Of a stretch of DNA of 64,000 nucleotides, positions 40,501 through 51,685 are shown piece by piece (within the stretch, counting starts at the first letter, position 1; every line of letters begins with the position of its first letter). The notes under the pieces were generated by a model. The model ran no database searches. It was not told where the DNA came from and saw only the letters and a list, made by a program, of their open reading frames with translations. The stretch comes from Candidatus Latescibacterota bacterium (GTDB taxonomy: Bacteria; Latescibacterota; UBA2968; GCA-2709665): positions 1,184,001 to 1,248,000 of the forward strand of contig CBDCOX010000002.1 of assembly GCA_965219995.1 (NCBI GenBank), given 5' to 3'. A program made the position numbers and the translations under genes.

Positions 40501-41646
40501 GTGCGGCAACCGGTACGGATCGTTCTAAAATGCGTCTTTGCGGGATTGTTACTGGCACTTTCCGCCGATGGTCAACCGGAAGGGGCGTCTCCGGCTGCCG
40601 CCGCGGGTCCTGAGATTGACGCCTCCAGAAAAAACGCCATCGTGCGGGCCGTCGAAAGGGTGGCGCCCTCGGTCGTCGGGGTAACCACGGTTTCCTTCGA
40701 ACACGTCGACGTCCGGGTCGTGCACCCGTTCTGGGATCTGTTCTGGTACCCGGGAACCGTCCGGAAAGAGCGGCCGGGGATCGGGTCCGGCGTGGTCATC
40801 CGGTCCGACGGGTACATCCTGACAAACCATCACGTCGTAGAAGGGGCGCGGGACATCACCGTCACGTTTTCTGACGGCCGGAGCCTGAAGGTTCAGGACA
40901 CCCGGAAAGACGTGATGGTCGACCCCGGCGCGGATCTGGCGGTCATTCGCGTAAACGCAACCGACCTGCCTGTACCGGAGCTTGGAGATTCCGAGGACGT
41001 TATCATCGGCGAGTGGGCGATCGCCATCGGCAACCCATTCGGGCTGCTCATCGAAGAACCCGAACCCACCGTCACCGTCGGCGTCGTAAGCGCCGTAAAC
41101 CGGAACCTGTCGCTGCAACAGGATGAGGGCGGCCATTCCTATTCGAATATGATCCAGACCGATGCGTCCATCAATCCGGGAAACAGCGGCGGGCCCCTGG
41201 TAAACGGCGTCGGTCAGGTCATCGGCATCAACACCTTTATCTTTACCAAGAGTGGGGGTTCCCTCGGGATCGGCTTCGCGCTCCCCGTCAACCGGGCGAG
41301 AGAAATCGCCGAACGGCTGATCGCGGGGGGTGTCCAGGAATTCTGGACCGGTTTCGAGGTGCATCCGAACCTGACGCCAGGGCTGGCGCACGCTTTGGGG
41401 TTATACACGCATCGGGGCGCACTGATCACGCGCGTGGCGGACCGAAGCCCGGCGTCTCGCGCAATGCTGAATCCGGGCGACCTGATCATCTCCGTGAACG
41501 GTCGCGCCGTCCGAAACGCCGACGACGTGGACAGGGTCTTCAATGACGCACGCGTCGGGGACACCCTTTCCCTGGACATTCTACGAGGCAGGGTGCGCTT
41601 TGCGACTCGTCTCCAGCCTGAACGGGCCCCTGCCGTTCAACAGTAG
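40501..41646 (+). CDS. HtrA/DegP-family serine protease with one PDZ domain
   Basis: Signal peptide, GSGV, TNHHVV, DLAV, QTDASINPGNSGGPL, C-terminal PDZ domain. Confidence 0.93.
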   Translation: MRQPVRIVLKCVFAGLLLALSADGQPEGASPAAAAGPEIDASRKNAIVRAVERVAPSVVGVTTVSFEHVDVRVVHPFWDLFWYPGTVRKERPGIGSGVVIRSDGYILTNHHVVEGARDITVTFSDGRSLKVQDTRKDVMVDPGADLAVIRVNATDLPVPELGDSEDVIIGEWAIAIGNPFGLLIEEPEPTVTVGVVSAVNRNLSLQQDEGGHSYSNMIQTDASINPGNSGGPLVNGVGQVIGINTFIFTKSGGSLGIGFALPVNRAREIAERLIAGGVQEFWTGFEVHPNLTPGLAHALGLYTHRGALITRVADRSPASRAMLNPGDLIISVNGRAVRNADDVDRVFNDARVGDTLSLDILRGRVRFATRLQPERAPAVQQ

Positions 41647-41691
41647 GTCATACGGAAACCGGGTAGAACTGAATTACGGAGCCATGACGCC

Positions 41692-42408
41692 ATGAGAAAA
41701 AGGGCCGCTGTCCCGAGCATGGTTACACTCTGCAATCTCTGCTGTGGATTCCTTGCGATCGCGTACGCCATCGACGGGAAACTGGTCCCGGCGGCGTGGC
41801 TGATCGTTATCGCGGGCTTTCTCGACGCCTTCGACGGCAAACTCGCCCGGCTGATGGACTCGCCCAGCAACTTCGGCGTTCAGTTCGACTCCCTGGCCGA
41901 CGTCTGTTCGTTCGGCGTGGCGCCCGCGGTCCTGATGTTCCAGTACCTGCAGGGTCTGCTGGACGCCGTGTGGTTGCCGTTCGCGGCCTGCTTTCTGTTC
42001 CTGCTGTGCGGCGCGCTGCGGCTGGCGAGGTTCAACGTTCAGGTCAAAGGCGACGAAAAGGAGGACTTTGTCGGCCTTCCCATTCCCTCGGCCGCCGGAA
42101 CGATGGCCGCATATATCGTCTTTGCCGAGCGGGTCTGGCAGAGCACCCGGGAACCCCACGTCGCCCTTCTCCTTTGCGTGGTTCTGGGACTGCTGATGGT
42201 CAGTCCGTTCGGATATCCCGCCTTCCCCCGGTTCAGCATCGAAACCAGGAGGGACCGCTGGAGGCTGGGAATCGCCCTTGCCGCGTTTATCCCCGTCGCG
42301 GTATTTCCGGACGAAGCGTTTTTTCCGATCGCGTTTGCATTTTCGATCTCGGGCGCCGTGCGGTGGCTGTCGCATCTGATTGTCCATAGAGAAGTTGCGG
42401 ATATGTGA
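41692..42408 (+). CDS. pssA: CDP-diacylglycerol--serine O-phosphatidyltransferase
   Basis: DAFDGKLAR...FGVQFDSLADVCSFGVAP, LRLARFN, FVGLPIP. Confidence 0.85.
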   Translation: MRKRAAVPSMVTLCNLCCGFLAIAYAIDGKLVPAAWLIVIAGFLDAFDGKLARLMDSPSNFGVQFDSLADVCSFGVAPAVLMFQYLQGLLDAVWLPFAACFLFLLCGALRLARFNVQVKGDEKEDFVGLPIPSAAGTMAAYIVFAERVWQSTREPHVALLLCVVLGLLMVSPFGYPAFPRFSIETRRDRWRLGIALAAFIPVAVFPDEAFFPIAFAFSISGAVRWLSHLIVHREVADM

Positions 42409-42440
42409 ATCGGCCTGAAACGAGCGTGGAGCGGAAATCG

Positions 42441-42722
42441 ATGAAGAACAAGAGCATCGGGCTCCTGGTTGTCGCGATCTTCCTGGGCATTCTGGCAAGC
42501 CAGGTCTTCGGCGCGGTACTGAACGTGGTCTTCGGCAGCCTCGGCCTGCAAGACAACATGGTCTCGAGGGTACTTGTGGATCCTCTGGTCGCCTACGAAT
42601 TCTACCCGATGCGCCTCAATCTGCTCGTAATGACGCTCACCCTGGGGTTTTCGCTCAACTTCAACGTACTCAGCCTGATCGGCATCGGAACGGCGTACTA
42701 TTACGTGAAGTACTCCTACTGA
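42441..42722 (+). CDS. Small membrane protein (DUF4321-like)
   Basis: Hydrophobic N-terminal helix and LNLLVMTLTLGFSLNFNVLSLIG pattern. Confidence 0.6.
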   Translation: MKNKSIGLLVVAIFLGILASQVFGAVLNVVFGSLGLQDNMVSRVLVDPLVAYEFYPMRLNLLVMTLTLGFSLNFNVLSLIGIGTAYYYVKYSY

Positions 42723-42776
42723 GTGATGGCCGCGCGGGATCGGAATCGGCCGTTTTTCACAGATACGAGGTGATTC

Positions 42777-43001
42777 ATGCTGGGTGGAATCGGAACATGG
42801 GAAATCCTCCTGATCTTCCTGGTCATCCTTCTGCTGTTCGGGGCCAAACGCATTCCCGATATCGCAAAGAGCGTTGGCAAAGGAGTTACGGAATTCAAGA
42901 GAGGCCTCCGGGACATCCAGGATGAAATAGAGACCGGAGGCGACCCCCCTTCCAAGTCCGACGGCAAAACACCGGATACGGAAAAAACCGCCAAACCCTA
43001 G
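42777..43001 (+). CDS. tatA: Twin-arginine translocase TatA/E
   Basis: [37 protein letters not shown]. Confidence 0.93.
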   Translation: MLGGIGTWEILLIFLVILLLFGAKRIPDIAKSVGKGVTEFKRGLRDIQDEIETGGDPPSKSDGKTPDTEKTAKP

Positions 43002-43012
43002 GGGGAGGTAAG

Positions 43013-44473
43013 TTGGCAGTCTCCGGGAAGCCACTGAACGAACGGCCCGCCCACGAACTGACGGCGTCGATTCTGTCGGGAGAAGTAACATCCCGACAGC
43101 TGGTCGAGGCCGTTTTTCGTTGCATTCGGGCGACGAATCCGGCGATCAACACATACATCACCCTGAATGAATCCGAGGCGGTCCGCAAGGCGGAGGAAGT
43201 AGACGCCAGAATATCCGCAGGGGATCCGGTCGGTCCGCTGGCGGGCATTCCCGTCGCTCTCAAAGACCTGCTTTGCACCAGAGGATTGCTCACCACCGCC
43301 GGTTCGCGCATCCTCGAGAACTTCGTTCCGCCCTACGACGCAACTTCCGTCACGCGCCTCCGCGATGCCGACGCGGTTATCGTTGGCAAACTCAATATGG
43401 ATGAGTTTGCCATGGGGTCTTCGAACGAAAACTCGGCGTACGGACCGGCGCGAAATCCCCACGATCCGGCGCGCGTGCCGGGAGGCTCCAGCGGCGCCAG
43501 CGCCGCCAGCGTAGCCGCAAACCAGACCGTGCTGGCCCTGGGCACGGATACCGGCGGCTCCATCCGCCTTCCCGCCTCCTTCTGCGGCGTGGTCGGTCTC
43601 AAGCCCACTTACGGCCGGGTCTCCCGCTACGGTCTCATTGCCTACGCGTCTTCCCTGGACCAGATTGGCCCCGTGGCGCGCAACGTGAAGGATGCAGCGC
43701 TCCTCCTGAACGTCATTTCCGGGCACGACCCGCGAGATTCCACGTCCGTGGACCTGCCGGCGCCGGACTTCACGGCGGGCATCGACGCGGGTGTCGCCGG
43801 CCGGACCATCGGTCTTCCAACGGGGTATTTCGGGGAAGGGCTGGACGACGAGGTACGGGCGTCGGTATTCCGCGGCGTTGAAATCCTGAAAGACGCCGGC
43901 GCGGAAATCCGGGAGATCGACCTCCCCATCGCGTGCCATCCGGCCTGCTCGATCGCCGCTTACTACATCATCGCCACGGGTGAGGCATCTTCGAACCTCT
44001 CCCGGTACGACGGCGTCAAGTACGGCAGTCGAACGGAGGGTGACGATCTGATCGACATGTATTGCCGGACCCGAAGCGCCGGGTTCGGTGCGGAAGTCAA
44101 ACGCCGCATCATGCTGGGCACCTACGCCCTCAGCGCCGGCTACTACGATGCCTATTACCTGAAAGCCCAGCGGGTGCGTACGCTCGTCAAGGGGGATTTC
44201 GACCGCGCCTTCGAATCCTGCGACCTGCTCGCCGCGCCCGTTTCGCCCACTCCGGCTTTCCCCATTGGCGCAAAGATCGATGACCCCCTCCAGATGTACC
44301 TCTCCGACATCTACACCGTCTCGGTCAACCTGGCGGGCATTCCGGCCATTTCGGTCCCCTGCGGCCTTTCGAACGAGGGTTTGCCCATCGGCCTGCAACT
44401 GCTGGCGCCGGCGTTCAGGGAAGAAAACCTGCTCCGGGCCGCCTACGTGGTCGAACAGGAGGCGACCCGATGA
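43013..44473 (+). CDS. gatA: Asp/Glu-tRNA amidotransferase subunit A
   Basis: [51 protein letters not shown]. Confidence 0.96.
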   Translation: MAVSGKPLNERPAHELTASILSGEVTSRQLVEAVFRCIRATNPAINTYITLNESEAVRKAEEVDARISAGDPVGPLAGIPVALKDLLCTRGLLTTAGSRILENFVPPYDATSVTRLRDADAVIVGKLNMDEFAMGSSNENSAYGPARNPHDPARVPGGSSGASAASVAANQTVLALGTDTGGSIRLPASFCGVVGLKPTYGRVSRYGLIAYASSLDQIGPVARNVKDAALLLNVISGHDPRDSTSVDLPAPDFTAGIDAGVAGRTIGLPTGYFGEGLDDEVRASVFRGVEILKDAGAEIREIDLPIACHPACSIAAYYIIATGEASSNLSRYDGVKYGSRTEGDDLIDMYCRTRSAGFGAEVKRRIMLGTYALSAGYYDAYYLKAQRVRTLVKGDFDRAFESCDLLAAPVSPTPAFPIGAKIDDPLQMYLSDIYTVSVNLAGIPAISVPCGLSNEGLPIGLQLLAPAFREENLLRAAYVVEQEATR

Positions 44474-45936
44474 GATACGAGTCCGTCATCGGTCTGGAGG
44501 TCCATGCGCAGCTTGCCACGAAGACCAAGATATTCTGCGGCTGCAGCGTGTCGTACGGCGACGAAGCCAATTCGCACACCTGTCCGGTCTGCCTGGGGCT
44601 GCCCGGTGCGCTGCCGGTGTTGAACCGGGAGGCCGTCGAGCACACCATTCGCATTGCCCTGGCGGTTGGCTGCACGGTTCAGCGCCGAAGCCGCTTCCTG
44701 AGGAAGAATTATTTCTACCCGGATCTGCCGAAGGGGTATCAGATTTCGCAGTTCCAGTCCAACGAGGAAATGCCGCTGGCCACGGGAGGCAGTATCGAGA
44801 TCCCGTCCGGCAGCGGCACAAAGACCGTGCGTCTCATCCGCATCCACATGGAAGAAGACGCGGGCAAGAGCATCCACGACGAGGCGTTTGTCGCCGCCGG
44901 CGAGTCACTGGTGGACGTCAACCGCTGCGGGGTCCCGCTAATCGAAATCGTCAGCGAACCGGACATCTCGACGCCGGAAGAAGCCACCCATTTCATGACC
45001 CGCCTGCGACAGCTGCTGATCTACACGGGGGTCTCTGAAGGGGACATGGAAAAGGGCCACGTCCGAATCGACGCCAACGTATCGATCCGACCGGAAGGCG
45101 CGACCGGGCTCGGCACCAAGGTCGAGATCAAGAATATGAACTCCATTCGCAACTGCAGGCGGGCCCTTGAAGCCGAAATCCTGCGCCAGATCGACACGCT
45201 GGAGACCGGCGGCGACGTCATGCAGGAAACCCTGTTGTACGATCCCGACCGCAACCGGTTGCGAACGATGCGCGGCAAGGAATCCTCCGACGACTACCGG
45301 TATTTCCCCGAGCCCGATCTGGTTCCGGTTGTCGTCGATCCGGAATGGGCGGACCGGGTCCTGGCCGCCGTTCCGGAACTGCCCGAAGCGAAACGCGCCC
45401 GTTTCGAGCTTGAATACGCGCTGAGAACATCCCAGATCGAGACCCTGACCGCCGACCGGAGCGTGGCCGAATACTATGAAGCCGCCGTGTCGGCCGGGGC
45501 AGAGCCCGCCACAGCCGCAAACTGGGTCCTGGGCGACGTCCTGCGGACCCTCAACGAACGCAAGATTGACATCGATCAACTCAAGGCCGCCCCGGCAGAT
45601 CTGGCGGCGCTGCTCAAGTTGATCGAGGGCGGCGCCATCAGCGCGAGCGTCGGGAGGACCGTATTCGCCCGGATGGCCGAAACCGGCGACGCACCCGAAG
45701 CCGTCGTCGAACAGCAGGGACTCGCGCAGATCAGCGATTCGTCCCGGATCGACGGCCTGATCGATACGTTGATTACACAGCACCCCGACACCGTGGAGCG
45801 ATACCGGAAAGGCGACGGAAAGCTGCTGGGGTTCTTTATGGGGCAGATCATGAAGGCTACAAAAGGCCGGGCGAACCCGGGAATGGCGAATCAGCTGTTG
45901 CGGGAGAAGCTGAAGGCCAAACCCCCGTCCTCCTGA
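44470..45936 (+). CDS. gatB: Asp/Glu-tRNA amidotransferase subunit B
   Basis: [45 protein letters not shown]-terminal YqeY domain. Confidence 0.97.
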   Translation: MRYESVIGLEVHAQLATKTKIFCGCSVSYGDEANSHTCPVCLGLPGALPVLNREAVEHTIRIALAVGCTVQRRSRFLRKNYFYPDLPKGYQISQFQSNEEMPLATGGSIEIPSGSGTKTVRLIRIHMEEDAGKSIHDEAFVAAGESLVDVNRCGVPLIEIVSEPDISTPEEATHFMTRLRQLLIYTGVSEGDMEKGHVRIDANVSIRPEGATGLGTKVEIKNMNSIRNCRRALEAEILRQIDTLETGGDVMQETLLYDPDRNRLRTMRGKESSDDYRYFPEPDLVPVVVDPEWADRVLAAVPELPEAKRARFELEYALRTSQIETLTADRSVAEYYEAAVSAGAEPATAANWVLGDVLRTLNERKIDIDQLKAAPADLAALLKLIEGGAISASVGRTVFARMAETGDAPEAVVEQQGLAQISDSSRIDGLIDTLITQHPDTVERYRKGDGKLLGFFMGQIMKATKGRANPGMANQLLREKLKAKPPSS

Positions 45937-45956
45937 CGGGCAGGCCGACGAAAGCC

Positions 45957-46637
45957 ATGAGTACACATCTCGTCATCTTTGCCAGGAATCCCGTTCCAGG
46001 TGCGGTCAAGACGCGCCTTCATTCCGGGTATACACCGACTCAGGCGGCGGCAATCTACCGCGCCTTTGTCCTGGATACGCTGGACGTTGCGATGCAGGCC
46101 AGGGCGGACAGGCGCTGCGTGGCCTTCGATCCGCCGGGAGCGGAAGCCGAACTCGCCGATCTGGTCGGCCCGGGCTGGGTGCTCTTTCCCCAGGTTTCCG
46201 GCGACCTGGGCGAACGCATGTACCGGGCGGCACGCCACTGTTTCGACCAGGGCGCGCGGCGCGTCGGGATAATGGGATCCGACGTTCCTTCGCTGCCACC
46301 GCACCACATCGATTTGGCATTCGAACTCCTGGAAGGCAACGAGGTCGTGCTCGGGCCCAGCATGGACGGCGGGTACTATCTCGTTGGCATGTCGCGACCG
46401 GTCCGGGAGATCTTCCGCGACGTCGCGTGGAGCACCGCACGGGTGTACACGCAGACGCTCGAGCGGGCCAGGGCCGCCGGGCTCACCGTTGGGATTCTGC
46501 CGTCGTGGCACGACGTGGACACGCCCCGTCAGCTGGATCATCTCGTCCGCCACGCGCGCGTCCAACGCAACGCCGGCACGGTCGACCCCATTCCTCACAC
46601 CCGCGCCTGCCTCTCAACCCTCGACGGCCTCGTCTAG
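45957..46637 (+). CDS. DUF2064 / TIGR04282-type nucleotide-diphospho-sugar transferase-fold protein
   Basis: FARNPVPGAVKTRL, QVSGDLGERM, GSDVP, LGPSMDGGYYLVG, WHDVD. Confidence 0.85.
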   Translation: MSTHLVIFARNPVPGAVKTRLHSGYTPTQAAAIYRAFVLDTLDVAMQARADRRCVAFDPPGAEAELADLVGPGWVLFPQVSGDLGERMYRAARHCFDQGARRVGIMGSDVPSLPPHHIDLAFELLEGNEVVLGPSMDGGYYLVGMSRPVREIFRDVAWSTARVYTQTLERARAAGLTVGILPSWHDVDTPRQLDHLVRHARVQRNAGTVDPIPHTRACLSTLDGLV

Positions 46638-46688
46638 CGTGGCTGGACCGTTACGGCTGGCGGCGATGCCGCCGCAGGGGAGTCCAGG

Positions 46689-47831
46689 ATGAAAATTAGA
46701 CGCATGGAGCAGTTTTTCCCGCGCCCTCGCACCCGCCTGCTGAAAATCACAACCGATAGCGGCCTCGACGGTTGGGGGGAAACCACCCTGGAGGGCAGAC
46801 CCGGAAGCACCGTTGCCGCGGTGGAAGAACTGTCGGCCTATCTCATCGGTAAAGACCCGCTCCGGATCCAGCACCACTGGCAGCACATCTACCGTTCAGC
46901 GTTCTACCGTGGAGGCGCCGTCCTCATGACGGCGCTGTCGGGCATCGACCAGGCGCTGTGGGATATCGCGGGCAAGCACTATGGCGTACCGGTACACCGG
47001 TTGCTCGGCGGACCGGTGAGGGACCGGATCCGGGTCTACGCACACTGGGGCATCGGCGGCCTTACGGAAGACGAACAGGCTGCGTCACGACAACGCCTGG
47101 ACAGCCTCCGGAAAAAGGGCGGTTACAAGGCGTTCAAGACCGGACCCGGGGGCAAGTGGCGGGGGCACGAACCTCCCGCCGTTATCGATGAATTCGTCCG
47201 CCGTGCCTACATGATGCGGGAGTGGGTCGGACCCGACGTGGAGCTCTGTTTCGACTTCCACGGAAAGATGACACCGGCGCTGGCGGTGGAAATCTGCCAG
47301 GAGCTCAGAGGCATGCGCCCGATGTTTGTCGAAGAACCTGTGCCGCAGGAGAACGCGGATGCACTGAAGCACGTCTCCGACCGGGTCCCCTTTCCCGTCG
47401 CCACGGGTGAGCGGCTGCTCAGCAGGTGGGAATTCCGGCGCATTTTCGAAACCCAGGCGGTCGCGTACATCCAGCCGGACGTTTCTCACGCCGGCGGCAT
47501 TTCGGAAACCATGAGAATCGCCAACATGGCCGAAGTCTATTACATGCACGTCATGCCCCATTGCGCCATCGGACCCGTTGCGTTCTCGTCGTGCCTTCAC
47601 GTCGACGCCTCCGTGCCCAACTTTCTGATTCAGGAGCAGGTCGACGCGTGTCTTGGAGAAGGTCTGCTGAAGCATCCCTGGCAGGTGAAAGACGGACACA
47701 TCCCCCTTCCGGCCGGGCCCGGCCTCGGCATTGAGCCCGACGAACGTGAAGTACGCAAGATGAGCGACTACACGGAGGAACTCGGCGGCGAATATTATTA
47801 CCCGTCCGACGGGAGTGTGGCCGACTGGTAG
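46689..47831 (+). CDS. dgoD: Galactonate dehydratase-like enolase-superfamily protein
   Basis: GWGE, YRGGAVLMTALSGIDQALWDI, DFHG, FVEEP, ATGERL, QPDVSHAGGI, terminal DGSVADW. Confidence 0.75.
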   Translation: MKIRRMEQFFPRPRTRLLKITTDSGLDGWGETTLEGRPGSTVAAVEELSAYLIGKDPLRIQHHWQHIYRSAFYRGGAVLMTALSGIDQALWDIAGKHYGVPVHRLLGGPVRDRIRVYAHWGIGGLTEDEQAASRQRLDSLRKKGGYKAFKTGPGGKWRGHEPPAVIDEFVRRAYMMREWVGPDVELCFDFHGKMTPALAVEICQELRGMRPMFVEEPVPQENADALKHVSDRVPFPVATGERLLSRWEFRRIFETQAVAYIQPDVSHAGGISETMRIANMAEVYYMHVMPHCAIGPVAFSSCLHVDASVPNFLIQEQVDACLGEGLLKHPWQVKDGHIPLPAGPGLGIEPDEREVRKMSDYTEELGGEYYYPSDGSVADW

Positions 47832-47902
47832 GTGCGCCGGGTACCGCCGGCGAACATCGGATTCGCGGCGCCGGCGGGCGACCGCGTAGGCGATTCTCTT
47901 GA

Positions 47903-49168
47903 TCAACGCCAGTGTCGCCGGACCGGCACCGGCACGATCGACATCTCCCAGTAGTCCTCGGGCAGATCCTGCCACCGCGCCATGCTCATGGCGTCCCTGT
48001 CCCATACCACCTCGCCGCTACGGAGCGTCAGTTTGCACTCCAGACGCTCGTCCCCGTCCATCCTCCCCCATCCGCAGTCCCTGAACGAAAACGCTCCCTC
48101 GAGGCGCGCGAGTACCGCGACGTCGGCTTCCGCGCCCACCCCGAGCGTGCCCAGGTCCGGCCGGCGGATCGCCTGCGCCGGCGTTGCCGTGGACCGGTAG
48201 ATCACCTCCCGCAAGGGCATCCCCATCAGGAGGCACTTGGACATCGTGTCGGTCATGCTGACCACGGACCCGTGGATATTTCCGGTATGCAGGTCCGTGC
48301 TGATGGAATCCGGCGGAAATCCTTCCGCGATGGCGGGGACGCCGTTGCGGTACCAGAAACTCGCCGCGCCGTGGCCCAGGTCGAACCAGACGCCCCGGTC
48401 CCTGGCCTCGACCATGTGGTCCCGGATCCGCCCGTTCCGGTCGATCACGGGAAACTGCCGGGCGAATACATGCGTGTGAATATCCCCGGGACGCAGCTTC
48501 CGCAGGATCAGGTCCGGATAGGACCGCTCCGGCGGCCGGGGCCAGAAGTCGACCATCACGGGCATCCCGCACAGGTCGCCGGCCTCCACAGCCCCATCCA
48601 CGGACGCCCAGGGGGGATGGCTGGCGTCGAACGGTCCGCGCGGCCAGTAGTGGGCCGTCTTGATGCCGACAACCACGTCCCGGTGTTCCTTCGCCGCCGA
48701 GGCCGCGCCCGAAGCGTCGAACGTGCGGATATCCTGCTCCGAATTTCCCATCCCCGGCGCCGAGATGTTGACGAACGCCAGGATCCGGCAGATCTTTTTC
48801 TCCATCACACTCTGCCTGAAATGCGCGATCTCCTCACACCCCGCCGTGCCCGTATCCACGCAGGTCGTCACCCCATCGCTCAGAAAATGCGCATCCGCGT
48901 TCAGACTGCTGGTGAATTTTCCGGACCCCGGATCCAGCCTGGTGTCGTAGGCATGGACATGAATGTCCACCAGCCCCGGCGTGACCAGCAGGCCCGATAC
49001 GTCGATGACGTGCGATGCCCGGTCCGCGGCGATCCGGTCCGAAACCTCGGCGATTTTTCCGTCCCGAATGCCCACGTCACGGTTTCCTTCGACTTCGTTC
49101 GCGGGATCGATGACGTACCCGCCCTTCAGCAGCAAATCCAACCGAACGTCCTCCGGCACACGTTCCAT
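47903..49168 (-). CDS. Amidohydrolase/deacetylase family metallohydrolase (dihydroorotase-like)
   Basis: PGLVDIHVH, GVTTCVDTG, LRPGDIHTH, FDLGHG, SISTDLH. Confidence 0.88.
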   Translation of the reverse strand: MERVPEDVRLDLLLKGGYVIDPANEVEGNRDVGIRDGKIAEVSDRIAADRASHVIDVSGLLVTPGLVDIHVHAYDTRLDPGSGKFTSSLNADAHFLSDGVTTCVDTGTAGCEEIAHFRQSVMEKKICRILAFVNISAPGMGNSEQDIRTFDASGAASAAKEHRDVVVGIKTAHYWPRGPFDASHPPWASVDGAVEAGDLCGMPVMVDFWPRPPERSYPDLILRKLRPGDIHTHVFARQFPVIDRNGRIRDHMVEARDRGVWFDLGHGAASFWYRNGVPAIAEGFPPDSISTDLHTGNIHGSVVSMTDTMSKCLLMGMPLREVIYRSTATPAQAIRRPDLGTLGVGAEADVAVLARLEGAFSFRDCGWGRMDGDERLECKLTLRSGEVVWDRDAMSMARWQDLPEDYWEMSIVPVPVRRHWR

Positions 49169-49223
49169 TTTTCCATGCTCCTTTAATGGGAATTTCCCGG
49201 GTTTCCGCCCGGCCACTAGAATT

Positions 49224-49251
49224 TTGAAATTGCACCGCCGTATGTTATATT
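49224..49251 (+). promoter_or_regulatory. Promoter with extended -10 for the HEAT/JmjC genes
   Basis: TTGAAA-N16-TATATT with TG one base before the -10. Confidence 0.45.
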
Positions 49252-49348
49252 GTAGACCGCCTGCCCAAAGTCGCGGACGGTCGACGCAACCGCAGGCAGG
49301 ATCTGAAACAAACAGGATTCAACCCGGCACATCTGAGAAGGAATCAGC

Positions 49349-49891
49349 GTGAAGCGGAAGAAGCTCGGACTCAATAAATATCAGAAGCGGGCCTTCAGAA
49401 TCGGGGAAGCGCGCGTCAGCGGCGAAAATATCGGAAGGCTGATAGACCTCGCCCGCAGCCCCCGCCCGGAAGATCGCGAAACCGCCGCCAGATTCCTGTG
49501 CCCCTGCCACGTCCGCCGCCGCAGGGAGGACGTCTGGCATGCGCTCTACCGGATGCTCGAAGACCCCGACCGGCGCGTGCGCAAGGCCGCGTGGCACACC
49601 CTGGAAGACGGCGGGAGACCGGACGATGCCGTTTTGGATACCATCTTCGAACGCGCGGCGCAGGAAGACCCCGACAAGGGCATTCGACAGCAGGCGGCCG
49701 CCTATCTGAAGGCGCGACGGGGACCCGCGGACGCCGCACTTCAGGCGGATGCTGAAGCCGGTTACCGAAACCGCGGCAAGTGCGATTTCTGCGGTTCAAC
49801 GGATGTATTCGTAAGAACAGACATTGAAACCGAAATCCCTGACGACGGACGGATGCGCTTCAGTCTCGCCTGCGAGGACTGCGCCAACTGA
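49349..49891 (+). CDS. HEAT-repeat protein with a CPCH motif and C-terminal Zn ribbon
   Basis: HEAT-like units LEDPDRRVRKAAWHTL and EDPDKGIRQQAA; LCPCH; CDFC...CEDC. Confidence 0.7.
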   Translation: MKRKKLGLNKYQKRAFRIGEARVSGENIGRLIDLARSPRPEDRETAARFLCPCHVRRRREDVWHALYRMLEDPDRRVRKAAWHTLEDGGRPDDAVLDTIFERAAQEDPDKGIRQQAAAYLKARRGPADAALQADAEAGYRNRGKCDFCGSTDVFVRTDIETEIPDDGRMRFSLACEDCAN

Positions 49892-49919
49892 GTGCCGCGT
49901 CCGAAGTGGAGGACGAAAC

Positions 49920-50711
49920 ATGCAGATCATTGTCCGCAACGAAGACGAACTCAAGGATAGCTGGAACAGACTTCAGAATTTCCTCTTCGACCCTGAATAC
50001 TTCAAGTTTGAGATGGAGTTCCCCTCCGCCGCGGAGATCGTGGACATTCTCCGAAAGGACAACCAGGCACGAATCAACATTCCCGGCAACCTTCCGGAAG
50101 ACGAAGAAAACGAGAAACGTGAGGAATTCAAAACACTGCCTATCGCCGACGTCATCGACCGTCCGTTTTCACTTGCCCACTTTCACCTTCAGAACTTCTA
50201 CGGCGAGGGTCGATTCCTGCGGGACTTCCAGAAGAAGGTGATGATTCCGTGGCGCACCTTTCTTGCGTCGAGCGGATTCACCTGGCAGAGATGCTATCCC
50301 ATCATTTTCATTTCCGGAAAGCATTGCAGTTCTTCCTACCACATGGATACATCGCACGTCGTCGCGTGGCAGGTATGGGGGGTAAAATACTTCAATGCAT
50401 TCAAAGATCCCTACAAATATGCGCCCCTGGATGACGCCGTCAACAACCGTGAGTCGCTCAGAGGGCCCGACGGGCCGCCGGAACACGATCCCGGCGACGT
50501 TCTTTCCTACAAAATGGAAAAGGGCGACCTGCTCTGGAACCAGCTGCTCACCCCCCACTGGGTGCCCGCGGGAGACAGCGTTGCCGTGAGCGTCAACATC
50601 TCGCACGGCGGCATCGCCTGCGGCGGACAGTTCAGCCCCAACGAAACGGCACTGAGAGAACGCTGGAAGAACCATCCCGGGGAAGCCTGGCTCGTGGACA
50701 CCCGTTACTGA
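49920..50711 (+). CDS. JmjC/cupin-fold Fe(II)-2OG oxygenase-like protein
   Basis: IFISG...YHMD (HxD), QVWGVK, GDLLW...PHWV (distal His), VSVN. Confidence 0.75.
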   Translation: MQIIVRNEDELKDSWNRLQNFLFDPEYFKFEMEFPSAAEIVDILRKDNQARINIPGNLPEDEENEKREEFKTLPIADVIDRPFSLAHFHLQNFYGEGRFLRDFQKKVMIPWRTFLASSGFTWQRCYPIIFISGKHCSSSYHMDTSHVVAWQVWGVKYFNAFKDPYKYAPLDDAVNNRESLRGPDGPPEHDPGDVLSYKMEKGDLLWNQLLTPHWVPAGDSVAVSVNISHGGIACGGQFSPNETALRERWKNHPGEAWLVDTRY

Positions 50712-50854
50712 CAGGGTGCGACCATACTGGCGAGACCTTCTGCTGACGGAATCGCCTCCAAGCCGGAATTCTCGCGCAGGCGATTCCGGCATCGGTTCCG
50801 GACGAAGCAGCAAATGTCGGCGGCGGTCACTGTCGTTTAATTCTCGAAAACCAA

Positions 50855-51685
50855 ATGGCGTACGAAAAACCAGACGCACCTCCGGTTTCAGAATGGCAGC
50901 GGCGTCTACGGAACATCTTTTTTGATCCGGACACGCCCGCGGGACGCCGGTTTGCCCTCGTTCTCATCGTCAGCATCGTCCTCAGCGTGCTGACCGTGAT
51001 GCTGGACAGCATCGATACGGTAAGGGCGACCCACGGCGAACTGCTTTACGTCATCGAATGGTTTTTTACGCTGGTCTTCACCCTCGAATACCTCATGCGG
51101 TTGATCTGCGTCGAGCGTCGATTGAAATATGCAACATCCTTCTTCGGTGTCGTTGACCTGCTTGCCATTATCCCCACTTACATCAGTCTTCTTCTGCCTG
51201 GCAGCCAATATCTCGTTGTCATCCGTGTGCTCCGCGTACTGCGCGTTTTTCGCGTCCTCAAACTCGTGCAGTACATGCACGCGGCCCGTATGATGGCCCG
51301 CGCAGTCCAGTCGAGTTACAGGAAGGTTGCCGTTTTTGCGGTTACGGTGATGACGGCAGTCGTGATCCTTGGCTCCCTGATGTACATCATTGAAACACCC
51401 GAGAACGGCTTCACCAGCATCCCCCGCAGCATCTACTGGGCAATCGTGACCCTCACGACCGTCGGATACGGCGATATCTCCCCGAAAACCGCACCCGGCC
51501 AACTCCTTGCGACCGTTGTCATGTTGCTGGGCTTCAGCATAATCGCAGTGCCCTCCGGTATCCTGTCGGTTGAAATCTTCCAGGCCGCGAAAGGCAGGTC
51601 CGCCGAGCGGTACTGCCCGGGATGTAACGCGGAGACCCGTGAGGCCGATGCGAACTATTGTCGATATTGCGGCACGAAACTATAG
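50855..51685 (+). CDS. Voltage-gated potassium channel (6TM)
   Basis: S4 RVLRVLRVFRVLK, selectivity filter TTVGYGD, C-terminal CxxC..CxxC. Confidence 0.93.
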   Translation: MAYEKPDAPPVSEWQRRLRNIFFDPDTPAGRRFALVLIVSIVLSVLTVMLDSIDTVRATHGELLYVIEWFFTLVFTLEYLMRLICVERRLKYATSFFGVVDLLAIIPTYISLLLPGSQYLVVIRVLRVLRVFRVLKLVQYMHAARMMARAVQSSYRKVAVFAVTVMTAVVILGSLMYIIETPENGFTSIPRSIYWAIVTLTTVGYGDISPKTAPGQLLATVVMLLGFSIIAVPSGILSVEIFQAAKGRSAERYCPGCNAETREADANYCRYCGTKL

